Positions 49,854 through 61,936 of a stretch of DNA of 64,000 bases are shown here, piece after piece. Both the position numbers and the translations under genes were made by a program. The notes under the pieces are model-generated. The model saw only the letters and a program-made list of their open reading frames with translations. It did not search any database and was not told the origin of the DNA. Where the stretch lies: assembly GCA_052327205.1 (NCBI GenBank), contig CM126202.1:176762001-176826000 (forward strand), written 5' to 3'. This DNA is from Somniosus microcephalus (taxonomy: Eukaryota). Position 1 is the stretch's first letter. Every line of letters begins with the position of its first letter.

Positions 49854-50419
49854 CTACTCCTGCACATCCTTACCTTGCATGTCCACCCATCCCTCTCTCT
49901 CTATCTACATACTCACACCCCCTCTGACTAACCACCCCTCACACTCACCCTCATCATACTGCAATCATACCAACTAACACCCCACAAGGAGGCCACTTGG
50001 CATTGGCACTTTGCCATTGGCACCACACTCCCTCATAGTCACGCTCTACAGATGTAACTCACACATCCTTTACACTCATGCCATCACTCTCACTCAAACT
50101 TCTCTTCTTTCCCTCCTTGCAGGAGAAATGAGCACCCAACAAGGAGAGGGAGAGAAGGGAAGGTGGGCCTCCATCCTTCTCCATTTTGACTCCAGCAGAG
50201 GAGGTCGCCCTGGAGGTGTCAAGAGTTGCGGAGCAGCTGGAGGTGGGAGACGGAGAGAGGGGGACCTCTCAGCAACCTGGTGACAGAATTACATCTCATA
50301 CATCCACAAGACACTGATATGGGGACTGGTGTCAGCAGTGTGCATAATGGCATTGTTGCCCATTCTTAATATAACATTTCTAAATAGATCAATTTCTAAT
50401 TTGATGTAATAGGACCCCA

Positions 50420-51134
50420 ATTTGTATAAATGTATAAAGCTCCCACCAGGCTCATGCCAACGTCTCATACACCTGAAAAATTAGGTGTTTTAAAATTGCA
50501 GCCGAGGGGAGTGTAATGGGTATTTCTCCCAATTCATATTAATTGTCCCCCGCAGCTCGGTTTTCACAGGGCAGGGGCAATTAAAAACCCTACCAATGTT
50601 ATTCCTGTATTGCAGCCACCCTGCTGGAAACTGCATCATGCAAAAAAGAGGTGGAGACATCATGTTATAAGTCTCCACTCCTTTTCCTCACAGCGCCAGG
50701 GACCCGGGTTCGAATCCGGCCTCGGGCGACTGTCTGTGTGGAGTTTGCACATTCTCCCCGTGTTTGTGTGGGTTTCCTCCGGGTGCTCCGGTTTCCTCCC
50801 ACAGTCCAAAGATGTGCGAGTTAGGTTGATTGGCTATGATAAATTGACCCTTAATGTTAGGGGGATTAAATACGTGGGGTTACGGGGATAGGGTGGGATA
50901 TGTGTTGGTGTAGGGGTTACGGGGATCGGGTGGGATATGTGTCGGTGCAGGCACGATGGGCCGAAATGGCCTCTATCTGCACTGTGGGGTTTCTGTGATT
51001 CTGTGATTCTGTGAATGAACTGGCACACGCAGAGTGGTAATGGTAACCAATATTGCTCACTTACCTCAAACACTTCTCACATATAGTTAGTACAGGATAC
51101 CAGACAAAGTTTGTTCTTTGGCCTCCAACCCTCT
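50420..51134 (+). repeat. 715-bp direct duplication, copy 1
   Basis: Near-identical to 53245-53959. Confidence 0.95.
50685..51014 (+). mobile_element. tRNA-derived SINE (HE1/V-SINE-like), 5' truncated; second copy at about 53510-53839
   Basis: B box GGTTCGAATCC, V-SINE-type core GGGTTTCCTCCGGGTGCTCCGGTTTCCTCCCACAGTCCAAAGA, CR1-like 3' end and (TTCTGTGA)n tail. Confidence 0.85.
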
Positions 51135-51335
51135 CTCTATTACAAACTTTCACATCTATCTCTATTTTATTGGCATTATTTTCAGTGCTCTTCTTAATGT
51201 TTCTCTCTTTTTTTTCGAAGGTGCAGCCACACATCTTTCTATAATTGGACAGCCTTTATAGAAAGCCACAGAGAATCTATAGAGTAGATTTGCCAGGATG
51301 ATAACTGGAGATGTCAAACTATCAAGAAAGCTTAA

Positions 51336-53062
51336 ACAACAACAGAAAATGCTGGAAAAACTCAGCAGGCCAGGCAACATCCGTGGAGAGAAAATAGAGT
51401 CAACGTTTCGGGTGAAAACCCTTTGTCAAGACTAAAGAAGCACAGGAAATGAAATCATTTCCTCCAAATCAAAGGTGTTGCTATGGGTATCCGCATGGGT
51501 CCTAGCTATGGCTGCCTTTTCGTGGGATATGTGGAACACTCTTTGTTCCAGTCCTACTCAGGTCCCCTCCCTCACCTCTTTTTCCGATACATTGATGACT
51601 GTATCGGTGCTGTTTCCTGCTCTCGCCCTGAACTAGACAATTTCATTCACTTTGCCTCCAATTTCCACCCTTCCCTCACCTTCACATGGTCCATTTCTGA
51701 CTCTTCCCTTCCCTTCTTCTACTTCTCCATCTCCATCTCTGGGGATAGGTTATTGACCAACATTCACTACAAGCCCACTGACTCCCACAGCTACCTGGAC
51801 TACACTTCCTCCCACCCCGCCTCCTGTAAGGACTCTATTCCATTCTCCCAGTTTCTCCATCTCCGCCGCATCTGCTCCGACGATGTCACCTTCCACACCA
51901 GTGCTTCCGACATGTCTTCCTTTTTCCTCAACAAAGGATTCCCCTCTACCATGGTTGACACGGCCCTCGACCGTGTCCGTTCTATCTCCCGCACTTCTGC
52001 TCTCACCCCTGCCCCTCCCTCCCGGAACCTCGATAGGGTTCCCCTTGTCCTCACCTTTCACCCCACCAGCTTCCACGTTCAACGGATCATCCTCCGCCAT
52101 TTCCGCCACCTCCAAAGTGATCCCACCACCAAACACATCTTCCCCTCCCCTCCCCTTTCAGCATTCCATAGGGACTGCTCCCTCCGAGACACCCTAGTCC
52201 ACTCCTCTATCACCCCCAGCACCTCTTCCCCTTCGCCTGGCAACTTCTGGTGCAAGCACAGGAGATGTAACACCTGCCCTTATACCTCCCCCCCTTCCCA
52301 CTGCCCAGGGCCCCAAACACCCCTTCCAGGTGAAACAGCGATTTACTTGTACTTCTTGCAATCTAGTATACTGTATTCGCTGCTCACGATGTGGTCTCCT
52401 CTACATTGGGGAGACCAAATGCAGATTGGGTGACCGCTTTGCGGAACACCTCCGTTCAGTCTGTAAGGGTGACCTCGAGCTTCCGGTCGCCTGTCATTTT
52501 AATTCACCGCCCCATTCCCACTTGGACCTCACCGTCCTCGGCCTCTTGCATTGTTCCACGGAAGTTCAACGTAAACTCGAGGAACAGCATCTCATCTTCC
52601 GATTAGACACTTTACAGCCTTCCGGACTCAATATCGAGTTCAACAATTTCAGATCATAACCTCGGCCCCTATTACATTTTTACTTATATTTTTTATCCAC
52701 ATCTTTGTTTTGGCCTTTCCCACCCCCCCTTTCTTTTTTTTTCTCTCTCCCACATGGCAGCTGTCTCCCATTTTACCAGCACATTTCACACCTAATCTAG
52801 AGCCGTCTTTTGTCTGCACTAGTCCCATCACCATCTCGTCTCGTTTTGAATACTTCTTAATGTCTCTTCACTTCTCTTTTGTTCTCTTCCAGCCTGGCCT
52901 TTCAATCTATTTCATTTCCTGTGCTTCTTTAGTCTTGACAAAGGGTTTTCACCCGAAATGTTGACTCTATTTTCTCTCCGCGGATGTTGCCTGGCCTGCT
53001 GAGTTTTTCTCGCATTTTCTGTTGTTATTTCGGATTTCCATCATCTGCAGTATTTTGTTATC
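51336..53062 (+). mobile_element. Penelope-like element 2 with a 5' inverted pLTR segment
   Basis: RT motifs AMGIRMGPSY and RYIDD (51483..), frameshift into GIY-YIG (52330..52659). 51336-51455 is an inverted copy of about 52909-53026. 17-bp TSD CTATCAAGAAAGCTTAA (51319-51335 and 53063-53079). Confidence 0.95.
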
Positions 53063-53244
53063 CTATCAAGAAAGCTTAAGCTGGTTGGGGCTCTTTTTGC
53101 TTGAAAAGAGAAAACTATAGGGGATCTAATTGAGGTCTTTAAAATTATGAAGGGGTTCGATAGGGTGGATGTGGAGAAACTGTTTCCACTTGTAGGTGAG
53201 TCCAGAACAAGGGGGCATAAATATAAGCTAGCAACTAACAGGAC

Positions 53245-53959
53245 ATTTGTATAAATGTATAAAGCTCCCACCAGGCTCATGCCAACGTCTCATACACCTG
53301 AAAAATTAGGCGTTTTAAAATTGCAGCCGAGGGGAGTGTAATGGGTATTTCTCCCAATTCATATTAATTGTCCCCCGCAGCTCGGTTTTCACAGGGCAGG
53401 GGCAATTAAAAATCCTACCAATGTTATTCCTGTATTGCAGCCACCCTGCTGGAAACTGCATCATGCAAAAAAGAGGTGGAGACATCATGTTATAAGTCTC
53501 CATTCCTTTTCCTCACAGCGCCAGGGACCCGGGTTCGAATCCGGCCTCGGGCGACTGTCTGTGTGGAGTTTGCACATTCTCCCCGTGTTTGCGTGGGTTT
53601 CCTCCGGGTGCTCCGGTTTCCTCCCACAGTCCAAAGATGTGCGAGTTAGGTTGATTGGCTATGATAAATTGACCCTTAGTGTTAGGGGGATTAAATACGT
53701 GGGGTTACAGGGATAGGGTGGGATATGTGTTGGTGTAGGGGTTACGGGGATCGGGTGGAATATGTGTCGGTGCAGGCACGATGGGCCGAAATGGCCTCTA
53801 TCTGCACTGTGGGGTTTCTGTGATTCTGTGATTCTGTGAATGAACTGGCACACGCAGAGTGGTAATGGTAACCAATATTGCTCACTTACCTCAAACACTT
53901 CTCACATATAGTTAGTACAGGATACCAGACAAAGTTTGTTCTTTGGCCTCCAACCCTCT
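53245..53959 (+). repeat. 715-bp direct duplication, copy 2
   Basis: Constant offset of 2825 from copy 1. Confidence 0.95.
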
Positions 53960-54189
53960 TTACAAAGAGTGGTAAGAATGTAGAACTCGCCATCACATGG
54001 AGTGAAGGAAGCAGATAGGATGGATACATTTAAGGGGAGGCTTGGTGCACACGAGGGAGATAGTAATAGAGGGCATGGGGAAAAGTGGATAGACGTAATT
54101 AGAGTGGGTGATGGCTCATGCGGAGTATAAACCCCACCAGTTGGGCCAAATGGTCTGTTTATGTGCTGTCGATTTTATGTAGTTACAAG

Positions 54190-54610
54190 GAGAGACTTGA
54201 GACTATTTCCACTGGAGCGGAGAATGCTAAGAGAAGATTTACTTGGGTTTTTAAAAAATTATGAAGCTATTGATAAGACAAATAAGGAATGACTATTTCC
54301 TCTGGTTGGGGATTCAGTGAGAAAAGGTATTCAATTTAAAGTGATCACTGAGGGAGTAAGGAGAGAGGTTAGGAGAAATATCTTTACACAGATGGTTACT
54401 GGAGCATGGAATGTTTTCCTAAATAGAGTGGTCAAGACAGAGACCATTACATCTTTTAAAGGGAAAAGGATAAATATTTGAAACAGAGAAATATAAAGGG
54501 CTACGGGGAGAGCGCGAAGCAGTGGGATTAATTTGGATTGCTCGAGCAAAGAACCAGCACAGGCAAGATGGGTTGAATGGCCTTCTTCCGTGCTGTAAAC
54601 TCCTGTATTG
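54190..54610 (+). mobile_element. Decayed CR1 3' end
   Basis: Remnants of the RRNxFTQ/WN-type ORF2 C-terminus and the GATGGGTTGAATGGCCT stem-loop. Confidence 0.7.
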
Positions 54611-56062
54611 CTAGTGACTTAGCAAAGTTAGATTTATATTTAAATGAGGGAAGGCTAAGGATAAAAATGTAAATTGGCTTGCCAGATTTCATAACTTATG
54701 TCCAATTTAAATAGTATATTAATTATAGAGTAACTGCTACTATTTAATTACCAGCCAATTAAAAGAAAAGTAATTGTCATATCCATTCCTATTACCTCTC
54801 ATTCCATCTACTGCCTATTTTTGATACTATTCCCTGTAGTTTCCAAACCATACTTTTAATTACCTGTGAGGTGATGGTCACGCATAGTGATGCTGCTGTA
54901 ATTACACAGGTACATGCAAAAACTAGTGCGATTTGACATGATTAATTGATGAAAAGATAGCTGGAAATAAAAGTTAATAGTGTTAAAACAGGTCATTAAT
55001 AATACAAATATTATTTGATTTAAAAGGTGACATCTCTTCCAGTCAGTAATAATAGCTGAGTAGTGAAATCACTCTTGCACACTGCTAGCTCAGTTTGTAA
55101 TATGGCACGTGCCATTGTAGAATCATGAATAGCTCAGTAATTTGCTTCCCTAATAACTGTTCATGTCCTTAGTGCTTATTCTGTAGATGTGTGTTGACTG
55201 ACTATCTTGTTCATGTCAAAGAAGTTGAGGAGAAAAGCCATGAGTAAATATTCATGCAGAACAGCATCTCAAATACTTGGAGTTACACTATGTTAAAGGA
55301 AACAGGTGAAATTCTACCGTTAATATGAGGTCAATTGGATGATTGAATTCTCCAAAGGCCATGGTGTGTTTTCTTAAAATATATGCAAATAGGTATCTCA
55401 GATTGTTGAAGTTTGAAAGAAAAAACTAATTTTCATAAGAACTGGTGCGCTATAACCATTTGTTCTCTTTCTTAACATCAGTGCAGTTTCCCAGGGCTGT
55501 TGAAGAATGAGAACTCTGATGGTTCTTTTGAATGCTTGCGTGAATACTCTTTTACAAATCATCTTTTAACCTTGCATACTGAATTGTCCAGTATATAAGA
55601 AAGTATTCTCCCTTTAAACAACCTAAATAGTTGAGGCAATCCTCAAAAGCAACTAAAGTTTGATAAGCAACTTGTTTATATGCTGCAGTCGTGTAAGTTA
55701 AAATCTTGGCTTTAACTTCAAACAAATATTTAAAAGCAAAAGTGCTGGTTTCATAAAATCGTGATAGAACGCTTCCATGGGGTAGAGAGATGGTAATGTA
55801 AAGGGCAAAAATTTAAGACAAGCACAAAAAGAATTAATGGAGAGGTCATAATAAATGTCTTTACACAAAGGGTGGTTAGAATGTGGACATTTTCTGCCGC
55901 AAATCATTGTGAAGCAGAGCCCATAAATTCAGTTAAAAGGAAATTAGATAATTGCCTGAAAAAAAGGAATATTAGTGACTCTCTTGTGAGACCTATCACA
56001 GTAAATTAGAAGATAGTGTCAGTTAATAAAAGGATTGAAGTTTGGGGTGGAAAAAAGGAATT

Positions 56063-58035
56063 TACATAGATACATAGATACATAGAAGATAGGAGCAGGA
56101 GTAGGCCATTCGGCCCTTCGTGCCTGCTCCGCCATTCGATGAGATCATGGCTGATCCTTTAATTCAGTATCCCGTCCCCGCCTTCTCTCCGTAACCCTTA
56201 ACCCCTTTTGCCCGTAGAAATATATCTAATTCCCTCTTAAATATATTTAATGAGCTGGCGTACACTGCCCTCTGTGGCAATGAGTTCCACAGGTTCACCA
56301 CTCTCTGAGTGAAGAAATTCCCCCTCATCTCTGTCCTAAATGGTTTAGCCCTTATCCTTAAATTATGTCCTCTAGTTCTGTTCTCACCCGCCAAGGGAAA
56401 CATTCCTTCTGCATCCAGTCTGTCTAGACCTGTCAGAATTTTATACACTTCTATGAGGTCCCCTCTCAATCTTCTAAACTCCAGTGTGTACATCCCTAAA
56501 CTACATAGTCTCTCCTCATAGGTCATTCCCGCCATTCCTGGCATCAGCCTGGTGAATCGCCGCTGCACCCCCTCCATGGCAAGAACATCCTTCCTCAGAT
56601 GAGGCGACCAAAACTGTACACAGTACTCGAGGTGTGGTCTCACCAGTGCCCTGTACAGCTGCAGCAAGGTATCCCTGTTCCTGTATTCTAACCCTTTTGC
56701 TATGAAGGCCAGCATACCGTTTGCCTTCTTGACCGCCTGTTGCACCTGCATGCTCGCCTTCAGTGACTGGTGTACAAGAACACCCAGGTCTCTCTGTACT
56801 TCCCCCTCTCCCAATCTATTGCCATTTAAATAATAATTTGCCCTCCCGTTCCTGCACCCAAGGTGGATAACTTCGCACTTGTCCACATTATAGTGCATCT
56901 GCCATTTATCCGCCCAATCGCCCAGTCTGTCCAAATCGCTCTGGAGCTTCCTGGTCTCTTCCTCTGAGCCCACCCCCCCTCCTAGTTTAGTGTCGTCTGC
57001 AAATTTGGAAATGCTGCATCCGACTCCCTGATCCAGGTCATTAATGTAAATTGTGAACAGCTGGGGGCCCAGGACAGATCCCTGTGGTACCCCACTTGTT
57101 ACTGCCTGCCATTCAGAAAATGAGCCGTTTATTCCAACTCTCTGTTTTCTATCTGACAGCCAGTTCCCTATCCACGCCAAAACTTTCCCCTTTATCCCAT
57201 GAGCCTCAATTTTCCATGCTAATCTTTTATGTGGGACCTTATCGAAGGCCTTTTGGAAGTCCAGGTACACCACATCTACTGGCTCTCCCCCATCTATTCT
57301 ACCAGTTACTCCCTCAAAAAATTCCAATAGATTAGTCAAGCACGATTTACCCTTTGTAAATCCATGTTGACTCTGTCCTATCCTGTCCCCATTTGCTAAG
57401 TGCTCCGCTATTTCATCCTTAATGATGGACTCCAGCATTTTGCCCACAACTGATGTAAGGCTTACAGGTCTGTAATTACCTGCTTTTTCCCTACCCCCCT
57501 TTTTGAATAGTGGGGTAACGTTAGCTACCCTCCAATCCATCGGCACTGTTCCCGAGTCTAATGAATTCTGAAAAATCATCCTTAGTGCATCCGCTATCTC
57601 TAGGGCCACCTCCTTCAGTACCCTAGGATGCATGTTATCAGGCCCTGGGGATTTGTCCACCTTCAATCCCCTTAGCTTCCTTAACACCATATCCTTAGAG
57701 ATATTGATTTGCGTCAGTTCCTCCTTTGCCAATGTCCCTATTTTTCCCGATATCCCAGGGAGGTTTTTTGTGTCTTCCTTCGTAAAGACTGACCCAAAGT
57801 ATGCATTTAGTTGATCTGCCATTTCCTTATTTCCCATTATATATTCCCCCGTATCTGACTGCAATGGACCAACTTTGGTTTTCACCAGTCTTTTCCTTTT
57901 GATATATTTATAAAAGCTTTTGGAGTTAGTTTTTATATTTTCCGCCAGCTTGTTTTCGTAAGCTATTTTGCCCCTCTTGATCATGCCCTTTGCCCTCCTT
58001 TGCTCTATCTTAAACTGTTCCCAATCTTCCGCTCT
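56063..58035 (-). mobile_element. 5'-truncated young CR1 LINE
   Basis: (CTATGTAT)n tail at about 56063-56085. Sister subfamily of the 22667-30862 element. Confidence 0.95.
56164..57984 (-). CDS. CR1 ORF2 fragment with an intact RT domain (606 aa open)
   Basis: Motifs NYRPVSLTS, YLDFQKAFD, GVPQGSVLGP and FADD. Confidence 0.92.
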   Translation of the reverse strand: MIKRGKIAYENKLAENIKTNSKSFYKYIKRKRLVKTKVGPLQSDTGEYIMGNKEMADQLNAYFGSVFTKEDTKNLPGISGKIGTLAKEELTQINISKDMVLRKLRGLKVDKSPGPDNMHPRVLKEVALEIADALRMIFQNSLDSGTVPMDWRVANVTPLFKKGGREKAGNYRPVSLTSVVGKMLESIIKDEIAEHLANGDRIGQSQHGFTKGKSCLTNLLEFFEGVTGRIDGGEPVDVVYLDFQKAFDKVPHKRLAWKIEAHGIKGKVLAWIGNWLSDRKQRVGINGSFSEWQAVTSGVPQGSVLGPQLFTIYINDLDQGVGCSISKFADDTKLGGGVGSEEETRKLQSDLDRLGDWADKWQMHYNVDKCEVIHLGCRNGRANYYLNGNRLGEGEVQRDLGVLVHQSLKASMQVQQAVKKANGMLAFIAKGLEYRNRDTLLQLYRALVRPHLEYCVQFWSPHLRKDVLAMEGVQRRFTRLMPGMAGMTYEERLCSLGMYTLEFRRLRGDLIEVYKILTGLDRLDAEGMFPLAGENRTRGHNLRIRAKPFRTEMRGNFFTQRVVNLWNSLPQRAVYASSLNIFKRELDIFLRAKGVKGYGEKAGTGY

Positions 58036-59103
58036 GGCGCTTTTTTTGTGACAGGGAGGGTAGTGAGTTTATAATATTAATAACTAAAGAGGTGGAAATC
58101 TGCAGGGGAGGGGAACATCTCAGAATAAGTCCAGAATGCGCCCACCTGGGACCGCCATTGTTGTCCTTACCAAAGGTTGCCAAGTCATGGGGAGGGCCTT
58201 TAATTCCAATGCCAATGGTGGGTTTCAACCCCACTAGGGGCACATCTAAGGCACCTGCCTTGCTCCAGGGCTGCAAATTGCAGTGCAAGTTGCCAGTTCT
58301 GGGGATGTGAAGGGGGCTGCATCTCCCTCCCACCCCCACCACCAGGAAATAATGGAGAAACTGCCTCTCAGCCCCCTCTCCCTTTGAAATAAATGTTAGG
58401 AAAAAAATGTCCTCCTCTTTGGGGATTCAGGCTACAGTTCCCCACAACCACCAGTCGGCGGTGTGGTATACCTGGTCTCTTCAGGCATACTGCCACCAAT
58501 CATACGCCCAGCTGATGCGAGGCTGGAGACAAAGGAACTCACAGTGTCGAGAGTTCCTGTCTCCACACCCGCTTCTCTGGGCTGTACGCTAGAGCCGGGA
58601 GCAATGCATTGGTGGTTTTGGATGGTGGGAAATGAAGGAGGTGACTATAGCAGATGACTGAGGAGCATGGTAGGGCAGGAGAGGTACAACAGGTGGAATC
58701 GGAGTGCAAGTGGAGAGCTCTTGTGTGGCGGGAGGCTCAATCAAAGCATGTACTTTGCTGATAGTAGCAGGGTGTGGACCATTCTTCAAAACAGTAGTGT
58801 CTGCACCCAAACTGTTAACTCACTTGTCTCTCTACAGATACTGCTTGAGCTGCAGAGTGTTTCCAGCATTTTCTATTTTTGTTGCAGTTCTTGGAGTTAA
58901 GGAACAGGCTGAGTAGAAGTACAACAGTGCCATGGATGGAGGAAGTGTATATTGCAGGCATGGCTTGTGACTGTGTCACCTATCACATGAAAATTAATGT
59001 TGGAGTATCACACAGGAGTGACTGAAATATGATCAGTTGTGATAAAAACTCAAGGATTTAATATTATATATAGGAAGCGAGCAGGGGAGTAGAAATAGAC
59101 TAT

Positions 59104-60855
59104 GACCATGATTTCACCGACCGAGGTGGGTCCGGGGCGGCCGGGGTCGGTGTCGCGGACCCAGCCCGCTGTCTACTGCAGCCCGCACTATCCAAGTGAT
59201 TTTCTGTTGATTGGGCTTGTTAAGCTCGCCCTGTGACTTTCCCGGCCAATTAATAGGAAGCAGGTCTGATCGCGTCATCAGCCGGTTTCCTTAAAGGGGC
59301 CATGTCCACATTTATTTTTACAATAGTTCTGTCAGTGTTCTGCAGCATTGAGGAGCTGCAAACACTGACAAGCACTGTGCAAAGGTGCACGGCTGCATCC
59401 AGGCTCTGCCATGACTCCCTCCATATGCTTATGGAGGGAGTCATAGCCGCTGGGAGGTCCTCTTCCCTTCCAAGGGCGGAAGCGACCTCCCCAGGAGACC
59501 AATGCAGCCTGTTGCACATTGCGCAGGAGGACACAAGCAGGGATGTGGTCAGGAGCACAAGGCTGCAGTGGCACAAACCTTTCAATTATCTCAGTAGATC
59601 ACGAAACGTTACAGCAAAGCCACACTCAACCTCATCCTGCTGTGCCACTCATCACATCCATATCACTCTGCCTTCCCTATCTTACTCCTGTACATCCTAA
59701 CTCACACCAACTTACCTTGCACCTCCACCCATCCCTCTCTATCTACATTATCACATCCCCATCTCACTAGCCACCACTAACACCCACCCTCATCCTACTG
59801 CAAGCATACAAACTAACAACTCACAAGGGTAGGCACTTGGGTGTTTTATGCAATGTTCATATACATTTTCTGTTAATGTGTTATCAAACATTGAAATCTT
59901 TATTTTCAACACTTTGCCTTATTGGACAGATCAGTGCGCACCTTTGGAAGTGTCTTAGTGAGTTTCAGTGAATGTTGAGACATAACGGTACCCCCGCAAT
60001 GGTGATGAGTGTGAAAGGAATGGCTTGCCCATAGTAGGGATGCTTTATGGTGCTGCTGTGGGTTGGTGTCAACCTGGCGCATCATGTGGCATCCAGGGTG
60101 TATAGCATCAAGTGAAGTAAATCTGGCTATGGTGATGCCATCGCTGACCTCCCGGGCAACAATGTTGTCGGGTGCTGATGCCCTGTGTCCCCTGCAGCAT
60201 CAGGTGATTCCGGAGAAGGTTGGTGTTGTTGTTGGTGATATTGGTGTGCCTGGTGATGCTGGTGTTGGGGCTGATCGTGGAAGGATTCAGAAGACCAAGG
60301 GCACCGATGTTGCTGGGATAGATGGCAGCTGAAGTTGAGATGACAGAAGCGATCTGTCAATGGTGAGAGATCTTGCTCCAAGGAGGTGACAGTGGATAGA
60401 AGTTTACTCCAAACACTTCCAAACTGCATACAGCTCAAAAGTGTCTTCTAAGTCCTGAAGGCTCAAGTTTCTGACATTGGACAGTGACCAGCTGTGAAAT
60501 GGTAGCTTTCATACCACTTTTGCAGCTGTCGCCTATTCACAGCAATGGGGAGACAGAGAACCCGACCTACTTACCTGACGTGATCTCTGGACGACGTGAA
60601 CCTTGTTAAAAAAGTGGTAAAATAGAAGTAGGCTAGCAAAATAGTAGTTAAGAAGCATTTAACAAGCATTTAACTATCTTAAATGCCTCCCCCGCCGCTT
60701 GGTGTCGGTTCTGTTCTGAAATTGCAGACCTGACACTTTGGAAACTTACATGGAGGCAGTTTCAGAGCAGATTCCCAACCTGCTGTCAATCATTTTGATT
60801 TTGACAGCGGACCCACCTCCAAACCCGTACTCTGAAGGCTGGCAAAATTCAGCCC
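59104..60855. mobile_element. Internally deleted, decayed Harbinger
   Basis: Myb exon-1 remnant (SRLCHDSLHMLMEGV) near 59400, Gln/His-rich transposase N-terminal remnant on - near 60100-60300, and a right end AAAATTCAGCCC. Similar to the element starting at 47776. Confidence 0.65.
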
Positions 60856-61439
60856 TTTGTGACTCATGTGGAGAGAAGACCCAGAGCACATTTGATGGGC
60901 CAAATGGCCTGTTTCTGGATTGTAGCATTCTAGGATTCTATGAAAATGTTAATTTCTGGACAGGAACCAAGAATTTCCTCAATGATCTCAATACTAAACC
61001 TCTTTAGAATTCCTCGGTTTCCATTATGTTATATTAGTGCAGTTACAATTATGATGTAATCACCTATCTCAGGATATGAAGCTACAGCCTTTTAAGATTT
61101 AAGTTATGGTCAGTGTCAGTTTTCTTTAAAGCTGCATGACCCAATCATTTTTATCACTGACATCATTATGACTTCCAACGATATCAGAAACAATGCATAA
61201 ATTAAGCTTGGTTTGAAAGATATAGCTGCTTTTAAAACGTTCAGTTGAATAAAATGTGCTTTCTCCTCTCAGACCTCCACATTTTATTTTGGGGAAATTT
61301 GACAGGATACAAGATAATGGGCACCACATGTGTCATAGAGGTGACGACTCCACTTTAAGTCACGGCAGGTAAACCACTAGTTTTATAAATAGGCATGAAA
61401 GGTGGGGGGAACAAAAGGGTGACACTAAAGAAAGAAAAG

Positions 61440-61520
61440 AAAGACTTGCATTTATATAGCACCTCAGGATGCCCCAAAGCGCTTTACAGCCAATGACGTA
61501 CTTTTGAAGTGTAGTCACTT
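61440..61520 (-). mobile_element. L2-tailed SINE fragment
   Basis: GACTTGCATTTATATAGCACC...CAAAGCGCTTTACAGCCAAT...TTTGAAGTGTAGTCACT. Confidence 0.55.
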
Positions 61521-61936
61521 TTGCTACGGCCTAAGCTGACTGAGCAAACACCAGCAGTAAGGTAGCTTGCATGCCGCCAGCACGTATCAGAAAATTGCTG
61601 GCAGCTGCACATAATTTACCATCCATTGACAGAAAATTGCACCAACACACCTGGGACTTTCTGGTACATTCCGACAGTGTGGAGCAACCTTGCCGCTGAC
61701 ATGCACTTAGAAAATGTACCCACCCCTCAAAGCAAAAAGAAGATATAAACAATCTCTGTGGAATATAAGATTAGATCATTTTAAGGAAATACTTGAAGGA
61801 TTAGTTTAAATACGTTGCTATTAATGCGAAAAGCATCAGGGAAAACCATTGGAATTCAATGCATCCATTGAAACAAAAACTTGGCTCTGAGCTGAACTGG
61901 AGAAGAGTTAGTGCAAAGACAGTAATAGAATGCTTT

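Larger units (their letters stand above)
47776..50300 (+). mobile_element. Harbinger 5' portion (TIR plus Myb exons 1-2), interrupted by Penelope 1
   Basis: GGGCAGAATTTT end. Exon 1 MASQRQRTAPRFSD...VEGVRACREVLFP (about 48069-48295). Exon-2-like sequence at about 50123-50279. Confidence 0.75.
51240..54185 (+). mobile_element. Old CR1 3' fragment broken by Penelope 2 and by the 715-bp duplication
   Basis: Collinear CR1 pieces at about 51240-51335, 53080-53244 (GDLIEVFKIMKGFDRVD) and 53960-54185. Confidence 0.8.

Noticed and set aside
50420-53959. 715-bp direct repeats flanking a Penelope, read as the LTRs of a novel element
   Set aside because: No TG..CA ends, PBS, PPT or TSD. The Penelope has its own TSD inside a CR1 fragment.
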